The notes: a model not told the origin generated them from the letters alone. A stretch of DNA of 64,000 nt from Oculina patagonica (GCF_052425735.1 NC_135769.1:1116001-1180000); one strand, 5' to 3'; counted from the stretch's first letter, positions 39,071 through 52,250 are shown. Translations and numbers: made by a program.

Positions 39071-42000
39071 ATTAACTTTCTAGTCACGTGACGACAAGGA
39101 GCACTAGTGACCCTTCGTGCAACACTATATGAAGTCCTGAACCAGTCTTTCCGCGGTTGTTGATGTAAACATACGTGTCGACACGCCTGGTCGATTTAGA
39201 ACGTCAAAATGAATATTTCTTCGTGTGAAGATATCACTGAAATTGGCACCCTTTTAGTTGAAAAGAAACAGAAGGATATTTAAGCTTTAGGATTGTCTTT
39301 GGTGTTTTCGGGCTCATCAAATGGCTTATTTTACCATTTGATTTGAATTAAAAGCGGGCTGAAGCGGATGATGCCATCTGACGCTGTTTAGGCTGAGGCC
39401 ACAACTGTAAAATTTTCACGCGTTTATGGAGAAGAAATCAAGGTTTGAACTTATCAAAATTGTAGAGGCACAGAAAGACCAACTGGTACGTTATGAAACA
39501 AGGCTTAGAGGTGAGGATTTGTTGAAAGTTTTAAAGTTTATACTGGGTGACCCTGCGACAACAGCTGGAGCCCGTTCTGTACGTAGTTTATATTTTACTG
39601 TATTTAATCGGCGATGATTACTGTAAAGGAATTTAATCAAGGACGACAACAAAATCGACAGTAACGAAAGTTTGATGTCCAAGACAATATACCTTCCTGG
39701 AACAAAGATCATTGAAAGTAACACGCAAAAGTTTATCATTTAGGTAATTGTGTTTGAATCACAGATGTCAAATTTCTCAAATGTATAGGCTATGTTAGTT
39801 AGTGCCCTATCACTGTGTCAAGGAACTAATAGCATGGTATAGTGCTAAACATGGAGGTAGGGGGGGGGGGGGAGATTTTAGAAGTTGTAAGTTTAATAAA
39901 TACTGAGGAAAGAGATTAGGAAAATTAAGTGTAAAAAAAAAAATAAGAAACAGAAAAAAAAGTAGAAGGAGGAGAAGAATATGAGGTTGAGAAGAGGATT
40001 GATCTTAGCAATAAAAATAGGAGGAGAAAGTCAAAAATTAAAATGCTAGGGCATCCTAGTATAGACTGAAGCCTAACTATGATAACCCTAATTATCAAAT
40101 ACAGTGGAATCCTATTTCTCAAACCCTAGATTTCTTGAACCTCCAGATAACTTGAACCAAAAGATGTTCCCCTTCCCTCAGTCAACAGTCACCCGAGAAA
40201 ATTTTCAGATAATAAAAGTAAAAGCAAAAAAAATAATTTTAAGAAAAAAAAAACAAAAAAATTGATTTAATTTTTTTTTTATAAATCCAAAGATGAAAGT
40301 AGATTAAATTTATTTCACCCAATAGGAAAAGGCAGAGCAGGGAGTGGAAGCACAACAAAGAAGATTGCAACTCTCAGTGCATCACTTGCAACTGTCATGC
40401 AGCAAAAATCAAAGATGGAAGCCAGCTACCAGGCAGATAAAAAGAAAATGATGTAATCATTCTTTAAGAAATTTCATCTTCATTTTAAAGAAAATATAAT
40501 TTTTAAAGAGCACATTCTTTCTGTCAATTCATTCAATGTTTTCTGTGCTTGACTCTTACACCTGTGGTTTGCTTTCTTTCACCCTTTTTCAACCATCATG
40601 TCATCCATTAGCAAGATCATGAAGCTAAAGTCAAGGAGCATGAAGAAGAAACAGAGAAACTGAACAAGACTGTAGAAACATTGAGGAACAACTTCAAGAG
40701 GTTCATATTAAATTATCAATAGTTAGCTTTGTGTACAGAGTAAAGAGAAGAAAATGCCTTGTTTGGTCAAATCCCTTCTCCCCAAATGAGCCTTTCTATG
40801 GGTATTCCGAAGAAATCTAAGACGTGAAGACCACCGAGAAAAAAAAAGTCAAGAATAAACGAAATAATACAGATTCGGATAAATTAAATACGCAGATATA
40901 AAACTCAAAACTCATAAAATTACAGAAAATAATTTCTGAATTTTCATTTGACCACAATTCACGAAAAAAAAAACGAACAAAGATAAAACGAAGATCTCTT
41001 TAAAAAACCCCCAAGATTTGCAAAAAATTCGAAAAAAAAAGACCATGGGTACCCAAGAGAGGCTCACAAATTAACTGAACAGGTCTGTTCCCGACAAGGA
41101 AATTTAAATATTAAATTTTTAAAGTCACGACCAAATGATGACAAAATATCTTCCCATCACCTCAGCTTATCAAAAAAAAAGAAATATATGACAGTATTAT
41201 TATGAAAGTTTTTTATATTTTTTTCAAAGGAGGAGTGATTAAATAAGAAATATATGGTTATCGAAAAATATTTTATCTTATCATTCACAGCTCAAGCTAC
41301 GCATGAGACATGAACAGCAAGCCCGGGAAGAAGAGCAAAATAACCATGTCCTCATGCTGCGTGAACTTCAAATGCTGGTGTCAACAGAGCGCTCTGCAAA
41401 GGAAGACCTTGAGCAGCAACTAGAAGACGCTAAAGAACAGATCGTACTGGCAAAAAGATCACCTGGAAGCAAAACAGAGGAGTATGAACGCCAAATCTCC
41501 CAGCTGCAGTTTGAGTTACAAGGCGTTCAAAAAAGGTTGAAAGAGGCAGAGAGAGCTTCCTCACAACCTTCTCCATTGTTGGTTCAGTTGCAGTCTGAGA
41601 TGTCTAAGATGAAGAAAGAACATGCCGAGGCTGTTATAAGGGAGCAGAAGAGAGCTAATGAAGCTGAAGAAAGATTGAGGATTATTACAAGTTTGGAAGA
41701 GTGCAGAGTGGCAGATTTGGGTATGTGTCTGTGGTTATATTTCTTTGCTCTGAACCATTCTCGTCCCCATAGCCCTTTCGTTTCTCTTAGCTGGTTGGGC
41801 CTTGGCACGAGAAAACGAAGGGCTCTGGGGACAATATCAGTCTAATTAGGACTTCCAGTCTTCATGTATGCAGTCATGACGTTTCAAAAGAACGTATGAG
41901 AGCGTTGTTACGTTTTCGACTTGCGTTTAGGAATTTTTGTTCCAAACAACCAAATGAATCAAAAAAATTCGAATTAATTCAAATATCCTAAGTCTCCAGA

Positions 42001-43238
42001 GCCCTTGTTTTCTCCTGCCTAGCCGGCTAAGAGAAACGAAAAGGCTATGGGACGAGAATGCTCTGCAACCATTTCACACAGCATGACGTGGCCCAGCCCG
42101 TCTGGAAAATTCAGTTTTTGAAAAATCATTTTGGAACCTTGACATTAGTACAAAAGAAAGGATATAAAAATCATAAAATAAAATTTAAATTGTTTTCAAG
42201 CCTGATGAAAACACAGTTTTAGTTTAGGAGATATCAACTCAAAGTTTATCGGTAAACATAGAACCACCATATTCTATACTTCAACTACGATAAAAATAAA
42301 TATTACATGCAAGCCACAGTGGGCCCTAAAAGGCATGCTAGAAGTTCCTGACATTCAAATAACGGTTATGATGATGTAATGTTGGGAATCATTCAGTAAG
42401 AGCATTGTGCCCTTACTAGAAAAATTGAGTTTTAGTTCTTGCTTCATTTTTTCTTTTTCAAAACAGAGGTGAAGCTCTCAGAGTTGTCAGAAGTTGTTGG
42501 AAACTATGAAAAGCTCAGACTTCAAGATCAGCACGCCATTCAGAAGCTAAAAGAACGCTTGCAGAAGCTGGATGTGGAAAACGCTACATTAACAAGACAG
42601 ATAAGCATAGATGAGAATCAAATGCCAGACACTGAAAGAGAATTGGGAGAAGGTGAAACAGCCAGAAGAATTAAAAAAACAAGTTTTTAAGCTGAGAGGA
42701 TTACTCAAGATTGCTATGGATTCTTCAGACAAGCCTCTGATCTGGGTACGGATATTTCTTTAGATCACTACAAAAATCCTGACTCAGGGGGGATTTAGAG
42801 GGGGTATGGGGGGAGGGGATTTGCTATCTTGCCACAAGTTACTCGGCCCCCTTTTTCTGAAATTTCTCAATCTGCCCCTGTGTCTTAAGCGTTTTCAAAT
42901 TTACAAAACATTGTTACGGTAGTTGTTCCAGACAAGTTGATGGAGCTATTATTGTAGTAAATGGTTTAAACCCAAAAATGTTAGTAGTTTATCCAGTGTG
43001 ATTTCCGGGTGAGAGTAGTTGGAAAGGAACTGTTCTTGGTGGCTGCTTCAACAACTTGAACAGAAGTCGTCTCCAGAGTCAAGTGAAATGTTGTTCATCA
43101 GTCAATGATTGATAAGTCTGGCCCCAGTTGTTCAAAGGGTGGATTTCACTATATACTGGATAAATCACAATCGATGGATAGCAAAGAGGGTTTTGTACGA
43201 CAGTTATCCACTGGATAGCGATTTATCCGGTGGATAGT
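37322..43238. repeat. Tandem segmental duplication, copy A (indel-riddled)
   Basis: Colinear with 43252-50003; junction at ~43238-43252. Confidence 0.93.
39426..42745 (+). pseudogene. GCC1: Truncated, garbled duplicate of GCC1 exons 1-6 (pseudogene or assembly artefact)
   Basis: Exons 1 and 5 are intact. Exon 2 (~39900-40040) is nearly unreadable, exons 3, 4 and 6 are frameshifted, and there is no GRIP domain. Confidence 0.75.
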
Positions 43239-43768
43239 AAAAAAAACGGCGAAAAAAGGAACAGATGGTGATAATCTTTATCACTTAAAATTCTACAGGC
43301 ATAAAACTTAGAACCACACTAATTCGATCAAGGTGGTGTGACTCTGACATTTAAAACGTTAAGGCACATAATTTTATGTTAAACAGTTCTTCACAGATTC
43401 TAAGTCTTGCAAGAAGTAAGCAAGACTGATATCAGAAGAATTGAGACTTATTTTGGGAGAAACTATGACTCATACCAAGAAAAAGAAGGGTAAATTTATT
43501 TTGAGCAGTATCATAAGATGCAACTCTTGTCTCACAATAATTTATAAAATACTCAGTGCCAACAGAGCTGTGCTCTAGCAGAGCCCGGATGCAACAGGCT
43601 CTTACTTTTGCCTTTGGGCGACTTGAATAACTTTGCTATCATGAAAGCTTTTAAGAGCTGGGCACCCAAGATTTCTTATAATAGAGCCTTTGGGCGCACT
43701 GCAATAATATTATTCTTATAGCACAGCTTTGAGTGCCAAATACAAGACTAAACATGACTAACGCATAC

Positions 43769-45035
43769 CTCTGCTTGTTCCTTTTCTACTTTTCCATCTT
43801 TATTGGTACTTTTTCCTTTTACATAGAACAGAAGATCATCCCTTGTTTCATCATCATTATAAACAAAATACTGTGAGAAAAGCCTTGTCCAGAAAGACTC
43901 AATGGCCAGCACAATAAATCCCTCTGCAGAAATGATAAGAAAATAAGCAAAACTTATAATTTTTCATTTAATTTATCATGCACATTTTTTTATAAGACCA
44001 AGACAAAGTACAAAAGAAATGGTAATCTTGTTACACAATTAAAGATAAAAATGAAAGGGGGGCATGCACTCTGGACGGCTTTCAATACTTTTAAGGGACT
44101 CGCACTCTATAGGAAAACAACTGATACACGCAATTGGGCAAAATGGGCAAAATGTAAAAGCGACATACGCGCAAAATGACAAATTTATTGAAAAAACACA
44201 TCACGTTTGTTCTTCAGTTTGCTTGCAGCTAGTTCCACGCCAGTTTGCTTGAGGTTAGTTCCACTCTGGTTTGCTTGCAGTAAGTTCCACTCTGGTTTGC
44301 TTGCAGTTAGCTTTTATTTATTAGTAAGGGCAGCACTTTTTTTGAAATTGATAACTGTATCACTTGCGTAGCACTACTTTTGTAAACTCCATTTCGTGTG
44401 TGCATTTAGACAATTGTTTTCCCTATATAGTGCAAGTCCCTTAAAAGTAACGAAAGCCCTCTGGACTATGGTCTATCTATGGACTGCCTTTGTAACACAC
44501 CATGAGTCGTATCAAAGTTTCCCACCCACTTATCAGCAATCTACATGAATGATAAATTAACCTAATTATTAACCTAATTATACATGTGAGCTTAATCAAG
44601 CTTACATGTATAAACAGCTATAGGCCTTTGATTATTATTACATGTATATTGTGTAATGAGCTTCCGACATTGAGAAACCAGGCCTTTGTTCAGCTGAATA
44701 GCCTCAAAAATAAATTCTAACAATTTCCCTTTTATTTTAATTAATTAGCACTAAAAAAACATTTGCAGCATAAAAAAACAGCCGCATAAATGTCACTTTC
44801 CTTTTTTTTTTTTTATCAACACACACGATTTCAACATGCCGCAAATCGGAACAATTCTACGAGCCAAATAAACGAAAGTTACCCATTTTTCCACCCATAA
44901 ATTACTCTATGTCAATCTGTAAGCATTAAACTTACCTTCACTTTCTTTATCGAGATGTTCTCTTCGCCTTTCCCGGCATATACTCTCCAAAACTTTCGTT
45001 ATGCTGTTTGTTCCTGCATTTTGGGCGGCCGCCAT
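43769..45035 (-). CDS. KIAA0930: Second, intact copy of KIAA0930 exons 1-2
   Basis: Exons 45035-44936 (MAAAQNAGTNSITKVLESICRERR..) and 43923-43769 (..FWTRLFSQYFVYNDDETRDDLLFYVK..) are in frame. Confidence 0.8.
44077..44458. mobile_element. MITE with GG-initiated TIRs and an 8-bp TSD (Merlin-like signature); second copy at ~38127-38504
   Basis: GGCTTTCAATACTTTTAAGGGACTCGCACTCTATAGG / CCTATATAGTGCAAGTCCCTTAAAAGTAACGAAAGCC. TSD CTCTGGAC at 44069-44076 and 44459-44466. Confidence 0.8.
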
Positions 45036-45407
45036 ATTAACTTTCTAGTCACGTGACGACAAGGAGCACTATGTGACCCTTCGTGCAACACTATATGAAG
45101 TCCTGAACCAGTCTTTCCGCGGTTGTTGATGTAAACATACGTGTCGAACACGCCTGGTCGATTTTTAGAACGTGCAAAATATTTGGAAATTTGATTCTTT
45201 CGTGGTGAAAATATCATTGAAATAGGCACCCTTTTTAGTTGAAAAGACAACAGAAGGATACACGAAGCTTTAGGATTATGTTCTGGTGATTTTGGACTCA
45301 CCAAATGACTTATTTTGTCATTTGAGTTGTATTAAAAGCGGGCTGTAGTGATGATGACATCTGACGCTGTTAGGCTGAGGCCACAACTGTGAAATTTTCA
45401 CGCGTTT
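45036..45407. promoter_or_regulatory. Bidirectional promoter of KIAA0930 and GCC1, with E-box GTCACGTGAC at 45048-45057 (copy at 39083-39092)
   Basis: Divergent ATGs ~370 bp apart; AATATGGCGGC YY1-like start context. Confidence 0.7.
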
Positions 45408-48400
45408 ATGGAGAAGAAATCAAGATTTGAACTTATTAAAATTGTAGAGGCACAGAAAGAACAACTTGTACGATACGAAACAAGGCTTAGAGGTGAGGAT
45501 TTGTTGAAAGTTTTAAAGTTTAAACTGGGTGACCCTGCGACAACAGCTGGAGCCCGTTCTGTACGTAGTTTATATTTTACTGTATTTAATCAGCGATGAT
45601 TACTGTAAAGGAATTTAATCAAGGACGACAACAAAATCGACAGTAACGAAAGGTTTGATGTCCAAGACAATATACCTTCCTGGAACAAAGATCATTGCAA
45701 TTACATTCCATAATTCTTCTGCTAGTACAGCACGCAAAAAGGTCTATCACATTTGTAGGTAAAATTGTGTTTGAATCACAGATGTCAAATTTCTCAAATG
45801 TATTAGGCTATGTTCAGTTAGTGCCCTATCACTGTGTCAAGGAACTGACATAGCACTGTGGGTCATTTAGTACTATAAATGCACTGGGGATATAGGGGGG
45901 GGGGGGGGGGGGAAAGAAAATGTATTTATGAATCATTATGTTCAAGTCTTGTAAGTTCCTTGAATACCTTGAAGTACTGCCAGGACATTGAGTATAGCAT
46001 GGTCTCTAATGGCCTTTTGACTTACTACAGATATCTGCAAAATATAGTAAAGGATATACTTTCTTTATTTTCTCTTCAGATGTTGTCCGTGCCTACAAAA
46101 ATTTGTTGCAAGAAAAAGAAGCATTAGAAGCAAGTGTTAATGTTTTGACAACCAGCAATAACCAATCAACAAAAAGCACTCACAAGAAGGAAGCAGCTGA
46201 AGGCAAAGATCAAAATGAAAGTGCGGAAATTGAGAAGAACACTAACAGTGCAAGCAAAGGTGAAGGTGCTACAAGTCCTTTACAAGAGGAAGGAACACAG
46301 AAGGAGGGAGTGTTGGATCATCCTCTAGCAATAAAAGAAGATGAAGTGGAGCATGGAGAACAGTCGAGTGAAGACAAGGTTTGACATAAATTATGTGCAT
46401 AGGGCAATCCTCTAGTATAGACTGAAGCCTAATCTATGATAACCCTAATGTATCAAATACAGTGGAATCCTGATTTCTCAAACCCTAGATTTCTTGAACC
46501 TCCAGATAACTTGGACCAAAAGATGTTCCCCTTCCCTCAGTCAACACGGCAATTTCACCCCTGATTCTCGAACCAATTTTCATTTCCCTTAGAGGTTTGA
46601 GAAATTGGGATTCTATTGTAACGTGTAGATTTTATGAATACATGTACATGTACCAGTAAAAGCCAATTGATATAATTCTTCATAATTCATATATAATATT
46701 TGTGCCGCCCAAGTGAGTCTTTATGTAGAAATATAGCATGATAAATTTTGCATTAACTGAAAAACTCGAAAAAAAAAATTCCGAGTTCCAGATGGGATTT
46801 GAACCCACGACCCTCCGTGTTCTAGGACGGATGCTCTACCACTGAGCTACTGGGACTCTGTGGATTTAGAATATTGCTGTAAGGAATTCTTGTTATTTAA
46901 ATTATGGAAGCATGTAATTTTGAACTGTTTTTCATCTGCCTTTAATAATAATTTTTAGGAAAATGGTTCACCAGAGCAGGCTGAGTTGGAAGCACAACAA
47001 GAGAAGATTGCGACTCTCAGTGCATCACTTGCAACTGTCATGCAGCAAAAATCAAAGATGGAAGCCAGCTACCAGGCAGACAAAAAGAAAATGATGGTAT
47101 GATTATTTCCTATAAGAAAATTTCATCTTCATTTTAAAGACAAATACAATTTTTAAAGAGCACAACTTTCTGTTGATTTTGAATTCATTTACATGTTTTC
47201 TGTGCTTGACTCTTACACTTGTGGTTTGCTTACTTTTCACCCTTATTTGACCATCATGTCATCCATTAGCAAGATCATGAAGCTAAAGTCAAAGAGTATG
47301 AAGAAGAAACAGAGAAGCTGAACAAGATTGTAGAAACACTTGAGGAACAGCTTCAAGAGGTTCATATTAAATTATCAATAGTTAGCTTTGTGTACAGAGT
47401 GAAGAGAAGAAAATGCCTTGTTTGGTCAAATCCCTTCTCCCCAAATGAGCCTTTCTATGGGTATTTCCGAAGAAATCGAAGACGCGAAGACCACCGCAGA
47501 AAAAACAAAGTCAAGATTAAAGCGAAGATCAAAAATTGACCAATGATTCTCGTGATCAAATTAAATACTCAGATATAAAACTGTCAAAACTCATAAACAT
47601 TACAGAAAATATCTGTAATTTCTGAATTTTGGCATTTGACCACAATTCACGAAAAAAAAAAAAACCGAACGAAGATAAAACGAAGATCTGCTTTAAAAAA
47701 CCCCGAAGATTTGCACAAAAATTGCGAAGAAAACGAAGACCGTGGGTACCCATAGAGAGGCTCACAAATTAACAGGTCTGGTTCCTGACAAGGAAATTGT
47801 AAATATTAAATTTTTAAAGGTCATCATTGACCAAATGATGACAATATTCTAAAGTATCTTCCCATCATCCTCAGGGTCTTGCTTGATCAACAAATAAAAG
47901 CTTAGCTGCAATATAATTGAATATTTAGAGAATGTAATTTGACAGTGGAGCAGTTAGGTTATTATTGGAGAAAGAAGTTTTTTTCTAGTATTTTTCTTCA
48001 AAGGAGGTGAATTTGTGATTATTCAATAAGGAATATATGGTTATCAAAAAATATTTTATCTTATCATTCACAGCTCAAGCTACGCATGAGACATGAACAG
48101 CAAGCCCGCGAAGAAGAGCAAAATAACCATGTCCTCATGCTGCGTGAACTTCAAATGCTGGTGTCAACAGAGCGCTCTGCAAAGGAAGACCTTGAGCAGC
48201 AACTAGAAGACGCTAAAGAACAGATCGTACTGGCAAAAAGATCACCTGGAAGCAAAACAGAGGAGTATGAAAGACAAATCTCTCAGCTGCAGTTTGAGTT
48301 ACAAGGCGTTCAAAAAAGGTTGAAAGAGGCAGAGAGAGCTTCCTCACAACCTTCTCCATTGTTGGTTCAGTTGCAGTCTGAGATGTCCAAGATGAAGAAA

Positions 48401-51400
48401 GAACATGCAGAGGCTGTTATAAGGGAGCAGAAGAGAGCTAATGAAGCTGAAGAAAGATTGAGGATTATTACAAGTTTGGAAGAGTGCAGAGTGGCAGATT
48501 TGGGTATGTGTCTGTGGTTATATTTCTTTGCTCTGAACCATTCTCGTCCCCATAGCCTTTTCGTTTCTCTTAACCGGTTGGGCCTTGGCACGAGAAAACG
48601 AAGGGCTCTGGGGACACAGGATATCCAGTCCTAAATTCTAGGACTTCCAGTCTTCATGTATGCAGTCATGACGTTTCAAAGAATGTATGAGAGCGTTGTT
48701 ATGTTTTCGACTTGCGTTTAGGAATTCTTTGTTCCAAACAACCAATCAAAAAAATTCGAATTAATTCAAAAATCCTAAGTCCCCAGAGCCCTTTGTTTTC
48801 TCGTGTCTAGCCGGCTAAGAGAAACGAAAAGGCTATGGGACGAGAATGCTCTGCAACCATTTCACACAAACATTCTGACGTGGCCCAGCCACGTCTGAAA
48901 AATTCAGTTTTTGGAACCTTGGACATTAGTACAAAAGAAAGGAAATGAAAAATCATTACAAATAATTGCATAATTTAAATGTGTTTTCATAGCCTGATGA
49001 AAACACAGTTTTAGTTTAGGAGATATCAACTCAACAGTTTGAGTTTTCTTGGGTAAACATAGAACCACCATATTCTATTACTTCAACTAAGATAAGAAAT
49101 GTGAAATGATTTTACATTGTAAGCCACAAAGCCTAGCAAGGTCCAGTGGGCCTCCTAAAAGGCATGCTAGAAGTTCCTGACATTCAAATAACGGTTATGA
49201 TCATGATGTAATGTTGGGAATCATTCAGTAAGAGCATTGTGCCCTTACTAGAAAAATTGAGTTTTCTTGCTTCATTTTTCTTTTTCAAAACAGAGGTGAA
49301 GCTCTCAGAGTTGTCAGAAGTTGTTGGAAACTATGAAAAGCTCAGACTTCAAGACCAGCAAGCCATTCAGAAGCTAAGAGAACGCCTACAGAAGCTGGAT
49401 GTGGAAAATGCTACATTAACAAGACAGATAAGCATAGATGAGAATCAAATGCCAGACAATGAAAGAGAATTGGGAGAAGATGAAACACCAGAAGAATTGA
49501 AAAAGCAAGTTTTTAAGCTGAGAGGATTGCTCAAGATTGCTATGAATTCTTCAGACAAGCCACTGGATTTGGGTACGGATAGTGTTCTTTTTTTAGATAC
49601 ACTACAAAAAATCCTGACTCAGGCATGGACTTAGAGGGAGGGGGGGCATTGAGGGTCCCCTCTTTACGATTTTTCTTGATCTGCCCCTTTTACTAATTAA
49701 AAGTGTTTTCAAATTTACAAAGTAGTGTAAGTTGTTCCAGACAAGTTGATGGAGCTATTATTGTACTAAATGGTTTAAACCCAGAAGTATTAGTAGTTTA
49801 TCCAGTGTGGTCGTCCAGGTGAGAGTAGTACTGTTCTTGGTGACTGACGTTTCAACAACTTGAACGGAAGTCATCTCCAGAGTCAAGTGAAACGTTATTC
49901 ATCAGTAAATGATGTTATAAGTCTGGCCCAAGTTGTTCAAAGGGTGGCAAAGAGGGTTTTGTACGACAGTTATCCACTGGATAGCGATTTATCCGGTGGA
50001 TAGTGTTATCCATCCTTTGAACAACTAGGCCCTGGTCCGTTTCACCACCCTCACCCAGACGATCATACTAGATGGACCATCTAGGTACATGTAATATTCT
50101 GACCATTGCTTTTCTTTTCTTTTTACAAAATTAGAAGAGCTAAGCAAGTCTGAGTTGGAGTCCTTTTTTGTCAATGACCCTTCTCATAAGGTTTGTCAAC
50201 AAGAACTGCGGCAACTCAAAGAAGAATTTGAAAGGTACAAAGTGAAGACACAAGCCCTTCACAAAAACAAATCCTTCAAGGAACTTAGTGAACAGTTGGA
50301 AAACCTGGAGAAATTAAAAAAAGACAATGCTGAATTGGAAAAGCAAATTGATGAGATTAAAGATGCAAACATTGTGAAAGAACAAGATCATAAAAAGGTG
50401 ATCACAAACTTGCGAGATTCACTCAAGTTGATGGAGGAGAAACACAAACATGAAAAAGAGGACGCAGACACTATTTACAAACAAAAACTTGAGGAACTTG
50501 AAAGACAGGTTTTGAATCAAAGGGAACGAACTCTTGCCCTTGTTGCGGAGAAAGACTCAGAGATTGAAATGTTAAGAAGCCGCAGCCCTTCAAGTAGCCC
50601 TTCAGCTGACACCAGCACAGGAAGACCAGCCTTTTCTTATCAGAGAAAGTTTGTAGAGATAACTGGTGGGTCCCAGGCCACTCTGGACTCTTCCCAGTCC
50701 TCTGAAGCCGATGCCGCTGTTCATCAACTCTTGTCCAAACCTTCTGGGGTAAGTGTGTTTAATTTGTTAATAAATAATGTTGCACTTGGGAACCCAAACA
50801 TCTTGATCTGAAGTTAACCCCTAACCAGTATCCCACCATACCTATTTTTAGGTTAGCAGCAGTGAGAGTTCACTTGTTCACTATGCTCAACAACAAGCAA
50901 GAAGGGAAGCAGAAAGCACAGCAATGCGGCGACAGAAAAATGAGCTTGAAGTGGCCTTGAGAGATGCTGAAATAAGGTAATAATTTTTGTAGTCAGGCCA
51001 TTTCAGAGTTGCTTTGCCTCTGTGTCAAAAAGAGTCTTTGTGCAAAGCCATTCATAATTATGGAAACGAGTTCAACCCTCTCGCTCATTTTAATGCAAAT
51101 CGAAGTCATTCTCATTTGAACGGTTTTGCACTTGGAAATGGTCTTTTCCTTTCGCTCTCTTAGCCTGCAGAACAGGTGGTTTATTTTGTGGGTCATGCAA
51201 CTTGCGAGGATGAGCGTGAAGCGCGAAGCTGCAGGCTACCGCTTCCTCAGCTTACCTCTAGCAATTTAATTTTTTTTCACTATTAATGTGTGATGTGTGT
51301 TTTTTTTTTTAAAAAAAAAAAAAAGAGGTGACAAGCTGATGGATCAAGCAAATTTGCTCAAGGAAGAAATCAGGAAACTTGAAAGAGACAGGTAACACAA

Positions 51401-52250
51401 AATTAACTAATCCTAGACTTGTTAGTTGAAAGTGAATCTGGGAACGCCTAGTGCGGGATTTGCAATGCACAAAATTAACTACTTTAATTGCAGAAATCTC
51501 CAAAAAGTAGTTTATAAAAAGTAGAAGAAAAAACATAAACATGGTTGAGATTGGGAAAGATTGAGACAGATTGCAAATGATGATAAATGACTGCTTGAAT
51601 TTATGTTCTATTTATTTTATAGGTCTCGAGAAAGTGCCAACTTAGAGTATCTAAAAAACATTGTGCTAAGGTTTATGATGAGCACAAGTTACTCTGTCAA
51701 GCAGCAAATGATTACAGCTATTGGGACCATTCTGGAGTTCAGCCCTAAAGAGGTAAATTCTCCCTACACCTGGCAAGCTAGGCATTTCTCCGTTTTGAAT
51801 TCTTGTTTAAGACATGTCTACATCTACATTGGTGCGATGGGACTTTCTCTCTTAACGGCGTCTAATGCTTCTCCTGTAAACTTGCGAGACATTTAAAAAA
51901 GATCGATTATTTAAAAGGAGTTTACACAGCGTTTTAGAACGTCGTGGTCTAAACCGCGTTTACGCCACGGTAACCACACTTGTTACACCAAGTCTAAACG
52001 GTCAACGTGAACCACGGCGCGTCCAGTGTGTAATTTAAAATTCTACCAATTTAGCTCCAATGTACACTGAATGTAAACTTGTGTAAAAGCCTTTTTCAGC
52101 CATAAACTAGGTGTAGCTTGGACATTCTTTAAATAATTGTCTTTTGAGTCTAGTTTTGTCTAGTTTGTGTGATGTTTTTTTTTTTTTTCTTTCTTCTTAC
52201 AGCTGAGTCAAGTGAGAAAAGTTCAATCAGCAACATGGTGGGGAACCTGA
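45408..52250 (+). CDS. GCC1: GRIP and coiled-coil domain-containing protein 1 (golgin GCC88)
   Basis: Exons 45408-45492, 46080-46378 (DVVRAYKNLLQEKEALEAS), 46959-47096 (SLATVMQQKSKMEASYQADKKKM), 47270-47359, 48074-48503, 49294-49572, 50135-50748, 50852-50976, ~51326-51391, 51623-51752 (GRIP: SRESANLEYLKNIVLRF..TILEFSPKE) and 52203-52250 (..ATWWGT*). Confidence 0.94.
46783..46858 (-). repeat. tRNA-derived repeat or SINE head (not a canonical tRNA)
   Basis: GAGTCCCAGTAGCTCAGTGGTAGAGCATCCG...GGGTTCAAATCCCATCTGGAACTC has A and B boxes but an irregular anticodon arm. Confidence 0.7.
47447..47763. mobile_element. MITE in GCC1 intron 4
   Basis: Inverted ends GAGCCTTTCTATGGGTA / TACCCATAGAGAGGCTC. 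Confidence 0.7.
48539..48848. mobile_element. MITE in GCC1 intron 5 (copy at ~41756-42060)
   Basis: CATTCTCGTCCCCATAGCCTTTTCGTTTCTCTTA / TAAGAGAAACGAAAAGGCTATGGGACGAGAATG. Confidence 0.8.
49841..49885 (-). ncRNA. Degenerate minimal hammerhead ribozyme motif within a Penelope-type repeat (~49803-50070)
   Basis: The - strand reads TGACT-CTGGAGA-TGAC..GTTGTT-GAAA-CGTC-AGTCA. Stem I TGACT/AGTCA is perfect, but the core A6 is mutated to G. Confidence 0.6.

Larger units (their letters stand above)
43252..50003. repeat. Tandem segmental duplication, copy B
   Basis: Begins with the sequence of ~37322 and ends matching the end of copy A (TTATCCGGTGGATAGT). Confidence 0.93.

Noticed and set aside
44091-44444. 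Kolobok/piggyBac-type element with a TTAA TSD
   Set aside because: The inverted repeat extends beyond the TTAA, and the real boundary has an 8-bp CTCTGGAC TSD.
46783-46858. tRNA gene (possible CTA suppressor anticodon)
   Set aside because: The anticodon arm does not form a canonical 5-bp stem and 7-nt loop; it looks like a tRNA-derived repeat.
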